A stretch of DNA of 64,000 bases from Deltaproteobacteria bacterium (GTDB taxonomy: Bacteria; Myxococcota_A; Polyangia; Polyangiales; Houyiibacteriaceae). A program made the translations under genes and the position numbers. Every line of letters begins with the position of its first letter. Positions within the stretch are counted from its first letter, which is position 1. A model generated the notes under the pieces. It made no database searches. It was not told the DNA's origin and worked only from the letters and a program-made list of their open reading frames with translations. Shown here one piece after another: positions 10,884-20,385 of the stretch. Where the stretch lies: NCBI GenBank assembly GCA_034670305.1, contig JAXMNT010000010.1, positions 32,001-96,000 on the forward strand, written 5' to 3'.

Positions 10884-13808
10884 CTATTCCATGGCCTCGC
10901 AGACCCACTCGAGGTTGGTCTCGGTGAGGGCCGGTGTCCGGGTGCGGTCGACCGAGCCGGAGAGGATGGCGGTCATCTGGACGTAGGGCAGGTTCTGGGG
11001 TTGGCCGTTGGCGCCGAGGAAGGCGCCGAGGTTCACGGGCGGTGTCAGACCATCGTCCGGGACCACGAACCCGACCGGCATCGCGGCGGCCAGGCCAGCT
11101 TCGGTGGCTGCGGTGCGGAACTGGAACTCGATCGTCGTGTTCGGCGGGGTGTCTGCGACCCAGGTGAACGGTCCCCAGTTGGGTCGCGTCGGCGGGATCT
11201 CGCAGCTCTCGGTCGCGTCGTAGACACGCCAGTACGAACCCGTCACCGGGGGACAGGGGAACGAGCCGGTCACGACCGCGTCGGGATCCGTCTGGAGCTC
11301 GTCGCACGCGGTGCCGTTGAGCACGATGGTGTCCTCGTCGACGAGCGACCAACCGTCCGGTCCTTCGCACAACAGCGAACGTCCGTTGATCTGCACGTCG
11401 CCGAAGCAGGCCACGTCGGGGTCGATGGTGCCGCTGGTGTCCAGCTCGCAGGACATCGTGCCCGAGATGATGCCGCGGATCGCCGCACGAAGACCATCGC
11501 TGTCGGTCGCGACCCAGTAGGGCGCGCCCGAGGCGACGCCGATGCCCGCGTTGGCGACGTCCTGGAGGTGGCTCTCGCCGATGGCGTTGCCCACACTGAT
11601 GACGAACGTTCGGATCCCAGCTCGGAAGCCGCGCGCCGTCTCTGCGACAACCGCCGCGCGCGCGTTCGAAGCGCAGCCGTTCGGTTCACCGTCGGTCGCA
11701 AGGATCACGATCGGCGGTCCGTCGGCCGGCGGCGACGCGATGATCGCGTCGTAGACCTCTCGAAGGGCTTCCGAAGTCGGCGTGCCGCCGCCCGGTCGCT
11801 GAGGTCGGTAGAAGCTGTTGATCGGGCCGAAGTTGTTCAGGTTCATCGCGGTCACACCGCGCGTCGCACTTCCTCCACAGCTGCGGCTGCTGAAGAAGCT
11901 CGAGGTGTAGGTCTGCAGCCCGAACCGTACCTGGGCCTCGAGCTCCCCGATGATGCCGCGATCCGCGCCCGTGCCCGTCACACCGATCATGGTGTCGCGG
12001 ACCGCGTTCCAGCGGCTGCTCGAGCCGGGGAAGCTGTTGCCCATCGAACCGGACTGGTCGATGAGGGTCATGACGTTCGGAATGACCCGGTCCGCCATGA
12101 CTTCGACCGTCGCACAGGCGGGCACGGTCGGCGGCACGACGATGCGCACTTCTTTGGTCCCCGCGACGACCGAGTCGTTGTAGAGGACCTGGATGTCGAA
12201 GTTGAAGACCTGCGTGGTCGCCATGCCCATGACCACGTCGTTGTGGAACGCGATCTCGAAGTTCGTGTCGGTGCCCGGCAAGCACCCGTTGTACCGGGCG
12301 CCGCTGCGGGACTGACAGCTGCCGCGCGGTCCCCAAGGACGGGCGATGATCGACGAGACGAAGTCGCACTCGTTGATTCCGGCCGTGGAGGGGTTGTCGA
12401 TGCAGACCGCGGACACATCGACCCGCGAGTAGTCCGCAAGCTCGCGGACCGCGTCCACGATGGCGGTGCTCAGGCCCGAGCCGTTGCTCGGAATCGAGAA
12501 GATGAACGGCGCGCCGGCCGCGTTGACCGAACCAGTCGCGTAGGCGACCGCCTGCAGGTCCTGCATGACGGTGCTGTTGCGGCCCGACGACTCGATGGAG
12601 ATGACCTTCATGCCGCGCGAGACGATCGCGTTGCGCATCTGGACGGCGGACGCGGCGATTCCGCTGACGGTGCCGCTGTAGTTGTAGGAGCCCCAGGTGC
12701 CATTGTGGGTCGGCGCGTCGGTAAAGAGCACGATGACCGGGATCGCGTCCGGGCGGAAACACGGGTAGCCGAAGCGGCCCGCAGGACAGCCGCTGCGCCG
12801 CGCCAAGTAGGAACCGAGTCCGTTGCCACTGGCCACCGCGTAGAGCGCCTGGCTCTGAGACTCCGGCCAGTCGTAGCCCCAGTGGGTGCTGAGCGAGTTC
12901 ACCGCGGTCTGTGCGCGACCCGAGTTGTCCTCGAGATCCATCAGGTTGCGGTAGACCGTGTCGCCGTAGCGGCCGTCGCCATACGGGTTGACCGGGTAGT
13001 CGTCGTGGAAGCCGACGCCGAACCAGGCGTCCGGGATCTCACATCGGATCGCACCGATGACGCCGCCGGGACAGCCGGCGATCAACGTGCCCGAGGTCAG
13101 GCCGCTGCGCAGGTTGTTGATCTCCCCACCCATCGAGCCGGTGGTGTCCACCAGGAAGTACACGTCGACCGTACGGACCTGGACGTTGATGACGCAGGGG
13201 TCGATCTCGGTCGGGCCCCCGAACGGGAGCTCGTGGAAGAGCCCCGGTTCACCGGTGCCGGTCGGGCAGCCGAAGTAGTCGGGATCGCCGGGAACGGTGG
13301 GGCAGTCGTCCGCGATGTCCGGAACGCCATCGCGGTCGCGGTCAGGCGAGGTGGGCGTGCCGTGCGAGCTCGGCGGGATGGTGATGCCGCCGCGGCCCGG
13401 GTCGTATTCGACGTTGTCGGAGTTGTCGTCGGTCAGGTCGCCGTCGTCCGGCCGATCGCGCGCGGTGCTGCAATCGGGGTCGCAGGGGTTGCACTCGACC
13501 GGGCCTTCGATGAGCGACGCCATGCCCTCGAGGTGGAAGGTCTCGATGTGCTCGCAGCCGGACCAAGCACCGCCGCGGCAGTACTGGGTGCCCACACCAC
13601 AGACGAGGGCCCCGTCCACGGCGGAGGGGGCCTCGTAACACTCGACCGGAAGGGAGCCGGGGTCGCAGACGCAGCCCTCGGCGGTACACCCGGCATCGCC
13701 GTCGATCGGGGTGGGATCGAAGTCCCAATCCCCTTCGGGCGCAGGGGCGCCCCCTTCGAGACAACTGGCCAGCAAAACCGGCACACAAAAGATGAGAAAG
13801 CGGCGCAT
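10884..13808 (-). CDS. Cys-rich lipoprotein with two vWA domains
   Basis: Lipobox LASC; vWA MIDAS-like starts DVYFLVDTTGSM and NVMTLIDQSGSM; LFTDAP and LATDGEP; TSP3-like DRDRDGVPDIADDCP. Confidence 0.85.
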   Translation of the reverse strand: MRRFLIFCVPVLLASCLEGGAPAPEGDWDFDPTPIDGDAGCTAEGCVCDPGSLPVECYEAPSAVDGALVCGVGTQYCRGGAWSGCEHIETFHLEGMASLIEGPVECNPCDPDCSTARDRPDDGDLTDDNSDNVEYDPGRGGITIPPSSHGTPTSPDRDRDGVPDIADDCPTVPGDPDYFGCPTGTGEPGLFHELPFGGPTEIDPCVINVQVRTVDVYFLVDTTGSMGGEINNLRSGLTSGTLIAGCPGGVIGAIRCEIPDAWFGVGFHDDYPVNPYGDGRYGDTVYRNLMDLEDNSGRAQTAVNSLSTHWGYDWPESQSQALYAVASGNGLGSYLARRSGCPAGRFGYPCFRPDAIPVIVLFTDAPTHNGTWGSYNYSGTVSGIAASAVQMRNAIVSRGMKVISIESSGRNSTVMQDLQAVAYATGSVNAAGAPFIFSIPSNGSGLSTAIVDAVRELADYSRVDVSAVCIDNPSTAGINECDFVSSIIARPWGPRGSCQSRSGARYNGCLPGTDTNFEIAFHNDVVMGMATTQVFNFDIQVLYNDSVVAGTKEVRIVVPPTVPACATVEVMADRVIPNVMTLIDQSGSMGNSFPGSSSRWNAVRDTMIGVTGTGADRGIIGELEAQVRFGLQTYTSSFFSSRSCGGSATRGVTAMNLNNFGPINSFYRPQRPGGGTPTSEALREVYDAIIASPPADGPPIVILATDGEPNGCASNARAAVVAETARGFRAGIRTFVISVGNAIGESHLQDVANAGIGVASGAPYWVATDSDGLRAAIRGIISGTMSCELDTSGTIDPDVACFGDVQINGRSLLCEGPDGWSLVDEDTIVLNGTACDELQTDPDAVVTGSFPCPPVTGSYWRVYDATESCEIPPTRPNWGPFTWVADTPPNTTIEFQFRTAATEAGLAAAMPVGFVVPDDGLTPPVNLGAFLGANGQPQNLPYVQMTAILSGSVDRTRTPALTETNLEWVCEAME

Positions 13809-13830
13809 GGATTCTCCCGCGGGAAGCCGG

Positions 13831-13846
13831 TGCAATGATCGCGCCT
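13831..13846 (-). promoter_or_regulatory. possible sigma54 -24/-12 promoter
   Basis: Minus strand AGGCGC-GATCA-TTGCA (GG-N10-GC); predicted start site falls just before the GGGAGA RBS of the vWA gene. Confidence 0.45.
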
Positions 13847-13948
13847 CCCGTGAAACCCTGGAATCATTGAACAAATCAGCCACCGATCTTCTTCATCCTT
13901 GCGCCCCCATGAAAAACTTGCGGAGCGATCTGAGTTGGCTGTGCCGCG

Positions 13949-14947
13949 CTAGGACGGGATGCAGCTGAGAGGTGCCGTCTCGGAGGTGGTTCCACAGACG
14001 GAACCAGCCGGGCAGTCGGCACTGGTCGTACACGACCCGGCGGTCACACAGATGGAGACGCCATCGCCCCAGGGGTCGACACAGGTGAACCCCGCGGCGC
14101 AGTCCGCACCACTGGCGCAGGGCCCCTGCGAGCGACAATCCGTGTTCTTGGACGGATCGGCGCCGCACACCGTGCCGGGCGCGCAGTCGTCGCTGGAATC
14201 GCAGTCGCCACCGCTGTTCGGACGGCACTCGTTGTCGCCATCGCCGTCGATGTCGATGCAGGAGAAGCCCGGACCACAGACCTCGAACGCATTGCACGGC
14301 TGGTAGAGCCGGCGGCAGTACGGTTCGTCGACGAACGTGTCCGTGTCGTCGCAGTAGAAACCCCACGGGCAATCCGGCCCGGCAGTGCACCCGATCCGCC
14401 GGTTGACGCAGCTTCCTGCGTCGCAGGAGTGGCCCCGCGGGCAGTCCCGGCTGTCGTTGCAGGTCGCGGCGCCCGAATCGCAGACGGGCACGAACGCGAA
14501 CCGCGCGCACGAACTCGAGGGATGGCAGTCGTCGTCCGACTCGCACTCCGCGCCGGCGAGCTGACAGGTGTTGCGGTCGCAGCCGTCGGGGAGGCACGTG
14601 GTGCCCGCGCCACACGTCTCCGGTGCTGCCGGGCTGCACTCGGGGGTGTCGCAGAGGCAGAGGTCGTAGACCCCCTCGGAATCGAAGCAGGTCTCTGGGT
14701 CGAACCCGCCGTCGGTGCCGGAATCGGTCGCATCGATCATGGGTGCATCGACCGGGCCTACGTCGATCATGGGGGCGTCCACGCCAGCGGCATCGCCAGC
14801 GTCTTCATCGCCGCCGTCGACCGGATCCCCCCCGCCGTCCACACCGCCGTCCCGAGTCCCGGTGTCGCCGCCGGGCGGAGGCGCGCTGTCGTCGCCGCAT
14901 CCCACCGAGATCACACCGCAGAGAATCCAAACACTCAGCCACCGCAT
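13949..14947 (-). CDS. Cys-rich repeat lipoprotein
   Basis: Lipobox SVGC; DAG/DGG linker; repeated CxxxxDCxxGxxC modules. Confidence 0.8.
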   Translation of the reverse strand: MRWLSVWILCGVISVGCGDDSAPPPGGDTGTRDGGVDGGGDPVDGGDEDAGDAAGVDAPMIDVGPVDAPMIDATDSGTDGGFDPETCFDSEGVYDLCLCDTPECSPAAPETCGAGTTCLPDGCDRNTCQLAGAECESDDDCHPSSSCARFAFVPVCDSGAATCNDSRDCPRGHSCDAGSCVNRRIGCTAGPDCPWGFYCDDTDTFVDEPYCRRLYQPCNAFEVCGPGFSCIDIDGDGDNECRPNSGGDCDSSDDCAPGTVCGADPSKNTDCRSQGPCASGADCAAGFTCVDPWGDGVSICVTAGSCTTSADCPAGSVCGTTSETAPLSCIPS

Positions 14948-16230
14948 CGAACTCTCCTCACCATGATGTCGCTGCCATCGTCCGAATCGTGTGCCCAGCC
15001 AATGACCAGGGTGCCATCGAGGCCGACTTCGACCGCCACAGGTCCACCGGTTTCACTGGTCGAATCCAGATCGATCTCATCGGTCACGTCGCCGGTCGAG
15101 GTCGACACGAACGCGAGCCGGATCTTCGGGTACCCCTCGCCCTCTCCGTCGAGCGCGCGGTACGCGACCGCGAACCCGCCGGCGAGCGCGGCGATGCCGG
15201 GATCGCGGCCTCGGCCGCTGCCGGTCAGGATGCCTTCGAGGCCGACCGCCGCACCGGTCTCGCCGTCCACCCGCCGGAAGTGCACCTCCGTGCGCACCCC
15301 GCCGCCGGCCACGTCCACATCGAACGCCACGCCAACGTCGCCGCCAAAGCCGGTGGCGCCGTCGACCGTACCGATCGCGTTGCCGCCGTTGTCGATGCGC
15401 TCGAGCGCACCCGCCACCCGGCCATCCGCGTCGAGCGGCTGGAAGAAGACGTGTTGTTCGTCGGCCATCGGGCGCACGAAGAGCGCGCCCACCCCCATCG
15501 GGAGCGGGACCAAACGCATCTCCTGAAGAGACGTCGCGGCGATCGTCGTGGCCGCCGCCGCGCCGGCACCCGACGCATTGAGCAACATCGTCTGTCCGGT
15601 TCGGGAACCCATGATGTCGTCTTCGACGAACGCCGCGACCACGCCGCTCGGACCCGCCGCGAGGTAGGGCGCGTCGTGAATGATTCCGTCACCCATCGTG
15701 ATGCGTTGCGCGCCGCCGCTCGGTGCACCATCCGCGCCGAGCAGTCGCGTCACGACCTGGAAGCCCATCGTGCCGTCGTTGTCGAACCAAGCGCTGAGGT
15801 AACCACCGCTCACCGCCACGAGTGCCGGCGTCTGGGCGGTGGCGAAGTGATCGGTGATCGCGTGCTCGGTTCCGACGTCGCCGGTGCTCGGCACCGTGCG
15901 CGCGAAGACGTCCTCGAACCCATCCGGTGCGGCGGCGTACATCGCGACCACACCGCTCGCGGCCGGCGCCAGGGCCACCCGCTGGGGACGGATGCGCATG
16001 CCTTCGGTCAGCATGAAGACGTCTGCCGGCGTCGTGCCGCACTCGCCCATCGTCATCCCGCTGTCGCCGGCATCGACCATGGTGGGCGCATCGACCGGGG
16101 GCGCATCGGGTCCTCCCATGTCCGGTCCGGCGTCGCGGGGCCCACCGGTGTCGGCGGGCGGCGGCGCACTGTCGTCTCCACACGCCACGAGCATGAGCAT
16201 CGCGACGCAACCCAAAGCCAAGCGAACCAT
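14935..16230 (-). CDS. hypothetical lipoprotein (probable beta-propeller-like C-domain)
   Basis: Lipobox LVAC; DAG linker; repeated beta-rich segments. Confidence 0.75.
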   Translation of the reverse strand: MVRLALGCVAMLMLVACGDDSAPPPADTGGPRDAGPDMGGPDAPPVDAPTMVDAGDSGMTMGECGTTPADVFMLTEGMRIRPQRVALAPAASGVVAMYAAAPDGFEDVFARTVPSTGDVGTEHAITDHFATAQTPALVAVSGGYLSAWFDNDGTMGFQVVTRLLGADGAPSGGAQRITMGDGIIHDAPYLAAGPSGVVAAFVEDDIMGSRTGQTMLLNASGAGAAAATTIAATSLQEMRLVPLPMGVGALFVRPMADEQHVFFQPLDADGRVAGALERIDNGGNAIGTVDGATGFGGDVGVAFDVDVAGGGVRTEVHFRRVDGETGAAVGLEGILTGSGRGRDPGIAALAGGFAVAYRALDGEGEGYPKIRLAFVSTSTGDVTDEIDLDSTSETGGPVAVEVGLDGTLVIGWAHDSDDGSDIMVRRVRCGG

Positions 16231-16317
16231 CCGCGACAGGATACCCCGCGCACCCGAGGAAGGCATTGTTTCAGACGATCCGCGGCGCAGAGGAGCGGCG
16301 AAGAGCCGCCGAAGAGG

Positions 16318-17715
16318 TCAGCAGGCGCCGTGGAAGCGTTTGGCGCCGGCTGGGAAGATCTTGCCGGGGTTGAGGATGCCGCGCGGGTCGAACACGTCCT
16401 TGATGCGCTCTTGGAGCGCGATGAGCGCGGGCGACTGCTCGAGCGGGAGGTATGGCGCCTTCAAGATCCCGATGCCGTGTTCGCCGCTCAGGGTGCCGCC
16501 GAGCTCGATCGTGGCTTCGAAGAGCCCGCGGATCGCGGCGTACACGCGCGGCTTGTCGTCGTCGTGGTTCCACAGGAAGTTCACGTGGAGGTTGCCGTCG
16601 CCGGCGTGGCCGTACGTCGGCATCACGATGTCGTGCTGCTCGGAGAGCGCGCGGCACCGATCGAGCAGCGCGCCGATGCGGCTGCGCGGCACGACGATGT
16701 CTTCCGAGAGCTTGTGCGCGGCCGACTCCCGGAGCACCCGGCTCATCTCGCGGCGGGCGGCCCAGAGCTTCTCGCGTTCTTCGCTGCTGTGGGCCACGAG
16801 CACGTCGATCGCGCCCGAGTCGAGCATCGCTTCGCCGGTGCGGTCGCGCAGCACGTCGATGCGGTCTGCGTCTCCGTCGACTTCGACGAGCAACATCGCG
16901 TGGGCCCCGTCCGGCACCGCGATGCCGGCCCGCGGACGCATCAGCTCGAGCGCGATGTCGTCCACGAACTCGAGACACCGCGGGAGCCAGCCGCGCTTCA
17001 GCGTGTCCGTGATGACCTTGCCGAGATCGTCGCGGCTCCGCAGAAAGACGAGCAGCGTGGCGACCGCTTGAGGTTTGGGCACGAGCCGGAGCGTGGCCTC
17101 GGTGATGACTCCGAGCGTGCCCTCGGAACCGACGAGCAGCCCCGCCAGATCGTAGCCGGTCACACCTTTGGCGGTGGGTTTGCCGACTCGGTGCAGCGTC
17201 CCGTCGGCGGTGACCATGTGCAGGCCGAGTGTCCAGTTGCGCGTGGTGCCGTACCGAAACGCGCGCGGCCCGCCTGCGTTGCAGGCGAGGTTGCCGCCGA
17301 TCGAGCAGTAGCCGAGCGAGTTCGGATCGGGCGCGTAGAAGAGCCCTTCCGCTTCCACCGCGGCGTGCAGATCGCCGAGCACCACACCCGGCTCCACCAC
17401 CACCCGGAGGTCGTCGGGTTCGATGCCCTTGATCGCCGACAACCCTTCGAGGCTGAGCACGATGCCGCCCGGCACTGGCACCGCGCCGCCGACACGGCCG
17501 CTGCCTGCGCCCCGCGGCGTCACGCAGACTCGGTGTTCGTGGCACGCCGCAAGCGTCGCTTGCACCTCGGCGGTGGAGCGCGCCCGGACCACGGCTTCGG
17601 GCACCACCGGCGTCGCTTCGCTCTCGTCGATCGAGTACGTCTCGAGCACGTCGCGATCGCGCACCACCTCCGCGCCGGAGCGTGAGATGGCAAGCAGAGC
17701 ATCGTCGATGGCCAT
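16318..17715 (-). CDS. FAD-linked oxidase (GlcD/D-2-hydroxyacid dehydrogenase family)
   Basis: PRGAGSG, SIGGNLACNAGG, GSEGTLGVIT, GHAGDGNLH, SGEHGIG, DPRGILNPGK. Confidence 0.9.
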   Translation of the reverse strand: MAIDDALLAISRSGAEVVRDRDVLETYSIDESEATPVVPEAVVRARSTAEVQATLAACHEHRVCVTPRGAGSGRVGGAVPVPGGIVLSLEGLSAIKGIEPDDLRVVVEPGVVLGDLHAAVEAEGLFYAPDPNSLGYCSIGGNLACNAGGPRAFRYGTTRNWTLGLHMVTADGTLHRVGKPTAKGVTGYDLAGLLVGSEGTLGVITEATLRLVPKPQAVATLLVFLRSRDDLGKVITDTLKRGWLPRCLEFVDDIALELMRPRAGIAVPDGAHAMLLVEVDGDADRIDVLRDRTGEAMLDSGAIDVLVAHSSEEREKLWAARREMSRVLRESAAHKLSEDIVVPRSRIGALLDRCRALSEQHDIVMPTYGHAGDGNLHVNFLWNHDDDKPRVYAAIRGLFEATIELGGTLSGEHGIGILKAPYLPLEQSPALIALQERIKDVFDPRGILNPGKIFPAGAKRFHGAC

Positions 17716-17747
17716 CAAGGGACCGTAGCAGGCACAGCCTGCGGAGG

Positions 17748-18083
17748 GCCCTTGCCCTTGCCCCTGCCCTTGCCCGTGCCCTTGCCCTGCCCTTGCCCCT
17801 GCCGGTCGTCACAAACAGAAGCAGAAGCAGAAGCAGAAGCAGAAGCAGAAGCAGAAAACAGCAACGGTGTGAGCAACGGCAGACAGCCGCAGAGTCCGCA
17901 GCCGCAGCCGCAGAGTCCGCACAGCTTCCTGCGCAGTCGATCTCTGAATCATCCGCTCAACCCCAACCGGGCACGGGCAAGGGGAAGGGGTAGGTCGCTT
18001 TCGCTCCACCCCAACCGGGCACGGGCACGGGCGGGCACGGGCAAGGGCAAGGGCACGGGCAAGGGGTAGGTCGCTTTTGCTCC
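17748..18083. repeat. composite intergenic hexamer repeat element
   Basis: (GCCCTT/GCCCGT)n at 17748-17803; ~7x GCAGAA at 17815-17856; two CCCCAACC-(GGGCAM)n-GGGGTAGGTCGCTT units complementary to the first tract. Confidence 0.9.
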
Positions 18084-19391
18084 CTACAGCAACATCGACA
18101 TCGGCGATTCGAGGAGCGCTTGCAGCTCCGCGAGCCAGCGCGCGCCGAGCGCGCCGTCGACGACGCGGTGGTCGCAGCTGAGCGTGAGCTTCATGCGTTT
18201 GCCGGCGACGACCTGGCCGTCTTCGACCACGACCGCGTCGCGGAGCGCACCAACCGCGAGCAGCGCGCCTTCGGGCGGGTTGATCACCGCGGCGAATTCT
18301 TCGATGCCGTACATGCCAAGGTTCGAGACGCTGAACGTGCCGTTCTGCATCTCTTCGAGCTTGAGCTTCTTGTCTCTCGCGCGGCCAGCCAGCTCGCGGA
18401 CCTCGCGGCCGATGTCGAGCACACCCTTCTGGTCCGCGTCGCGCACGACCGGCGTCACGAGTCCATCCGGCACCGACACCGCCACCGAGATGTCCACCAC
18501 CTGGTGGAAGTGGATCTCGGTCTCCATCCAGGACGCGTTCACTTCCGGGATGCGGCGCAGCGCAACCGCGCACGCTTTGAGGACGATGTCGTTGAAGCTG
18601 ACCTTTTCGGGTTTCTCGTCGCGGCCGAGACCGCGCTTGAGCACGTCGTTCATCATCGCGCGCGCTGCCACGAGCGGCGCCGCGTCGACATCGACGGTCA
18701 GATAGAAGTGCGGGACGTTCTGCTTCGACTCGGTGAGCCGCCGCGCGATCGTCTTCCGCATCGGGCTCGCTTTGACGACCTTCGGCGGAAGCCGCTCTCC
18801 CGTGCGCCGCGCTCCGGCCGATGCGGTGGGCAACGACTCGAGGTCCCGTTTGACGATCCGTCCGTGCGGACCCGAGCCGGTCAGGCCGCCGAGCTCGAGA
18901 CCCCGCTCACGCGCGAGTCGGCGAACGAGCGGCGAGGCGAGGATGCGCCCGCCGGGCGTGCCACCCGTGGTCGCCGCACTGGTTGCCGGGGCACTGGACG
19001 CACCGGCACTGGACGCAGAGGCACTGGACGCAGCGGCACTGGACGCCGGTTTCGGGTCGGCCTGCGGTTCACTCGGCGCGGCTTCCGGAGCCGACGCACC
19101 GCCGCCCTTCTGACGGGCCGCGACTTCTTCGAGGAGCGCGGTGATGTCCTCGCCCTTCTGTCCGATGATCGCCACCGGCTCGTCCGGCGCCAAGGTCGCG
19201 CCTTCATCGACGAGGATCTTCAGGAGCACGCCTCGGTCGAACGAGCGGAACTCCATGGTCGCTTTGTCGGTCTCGACCTCCGCCAGCAGATCGTCGATCT
19301 CGATCTCGTCGCCTTCCGACTTCACCCACTGTGCGAGCGTGCCCTCTTCCATGGTGGGGGAGAGCTTCGGCAGTCCAATGATCTTCGCCAT
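18084..19391 (-). CDS. pdhC: pyruvate dehydrogenase E2, dihydrolipoamide acetyltransferase
   Basis: Lipoyl motif EVETDKATME; E3-binding ASPLVRRLA; catalytic CDHRVVDGA. Confidence 0.95.
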   Translation of the reverse strand: MAKIIGLPKLSPTMEEGTLAQWVKSEGDEIEIDDLLAEVETDKATMEFRSFDRGVLLKILVDEGATLAPDEPVAIIGQKGEDITALLEEVAARQKGGGASAPEAAPSEPQADPKPASSAAASSASASSAGASSAPATSAATTGGTPGGRILASPLVRRLARERGLELGGLTGSGPHGRIVKRDLESLPTASAGARRTGERLPPKVVKASPMRKTIARRLTESKQNVPHFYLTVDVDAAPLVAARAMMNDVLKRGLGRDEKPEKVSFNDIVLKACAVALRRIPEVNASWMETEIHFHQVVDISVAVSVPDGLVTPVVRDADQKGVLDIGREVRELAGRARDKKLKLEEMQNGTFSVSNLGMYGIEEFAAVINPPEGALLAVGALRDAVVVEDGQVVAGKRMKLTLSCDHRVVDGALGARWLAELQALLESPMSMLL

Positions 19392-19398
19392 GACTTTC

Positions 19399-20385
19399 CT
19401 ACTTGTACGCCACGGCGCGCACCGCATCGACGACGCGGGCAACGGTGGGCAGGACGAGGTCTTCGAGGTTCGAGGCGTAGGGCATCGGCACATCGAGTGC
19501 GGCCACGCGCGCGATGGGTGCGTCGAGGTAGTCGAACGCGTCCCGCTGGACTCGGTCGACGATCTCCGCGCCGGGTCCGCCGTAGGGCCAGTGTTCGTGC
19601 ACGACGACACAGCGGTTGGTCTTCTTGACGCTCTTGACGATCGACTCGATGTCGAGCGGCCGCAACGTCCGCGGGTCGACGATCTCGCACTCGATCCCGT
19701 GCTCCTTCGAGAGCACTTCGGCTGCTTCGAGCGCCGTGTGGTACGGCCGGCCCCAGCTGACGATGGTGCAGCCGTCGCCTTCGCGCGCGATGCGGGCTTT
19801 GCCGAACGGGATGACCTCGTCCTCTTCGACCTCGGGCACTTCGCCCTTGAGGTTGTAGAGCGTCTCGCCCTCGAGAAAGATCACGGGGTTGTCGTCGCGG
19901 ATGGCGGCCTTGAGCAGACCCTTCGCGTCGCGCGGGGTGCTCGGCATCGCCACGTAGATGCCGGGGATGTTCACGTAGAACGGATCGACCGAGTGGCTGT
20001 GCTGCGAACCGACCTGCTTCGCCGCGCCGTTCGGGCCGCGGAAGACGATCGGGCACTTCACGGTGCCACCGCTCATCTGGTGGACCTTGGCCGCGTTGCT
20101 GATGATCTGGTCGAACGCGACGAAGCTGAAGTTCCAGGTCATGAACTCGATGATCGGCCGCAGGCCCACCATCGCCGATCCGATGCCGACACCGGCGAAC
20201 CCAGCTTCGGCGATCGGGGTGTCGATGACGCGCCGCTCGCCGAAGCGCGCGAGCAACCCTTCGCTGACTTTGTAGGCGCCCTGGTAATGGCCGACTTCTT
20301 CGCCCATCAGGTACACGGACGCGTCCCGGTCCATCTCTTCGAGCATCGCTTCGCGAAGCGCCTCGCGGTATCGGACTTCACGCAT
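19399..20385 (-). CDS. pdhB: pyruvate dehydrogenase E1 beta subunit
   Basis: GEEVGHYQGAYKV, DTPIAEAGF, VFRGPNG, QHS. Confidence 0.95.
   Translation of the reverse strand: MREVRYREALREAMLEEMDRDASVYLMGEEVGHYQGAYKVSEGLLARFGERRVIDTPIAEAGFAGVGIGSAMVGLRPIIEFMTWNFSFVAFDQIISNAAKVHQMSGGTVKCPIVFRGPNGAAKQVGSQHSHSVDPFYVNIPGIYVAMPSTPRDAKGLLKAAIRDDNPVIFLEGETLYNLKGEVPEVEEDEVIPFGKARIAREGDGCTIVSWGRPYHTALEAAEVLSKEHGIECEIVDPRTLRPLDIESIVKSVKKTNRCVVVHEHWPYGGPGAEIVDRVQRDAFDYLDAPIARVAALDVPMPYASNLEDLVLPTVARVVDAVRAVAYK

Noticed and set aside
17752-18069. Small low-complexity ORFs in the repeat region
   Set aside because: Products of the GCCCTT, GCAGAA and GGGCAA repeats
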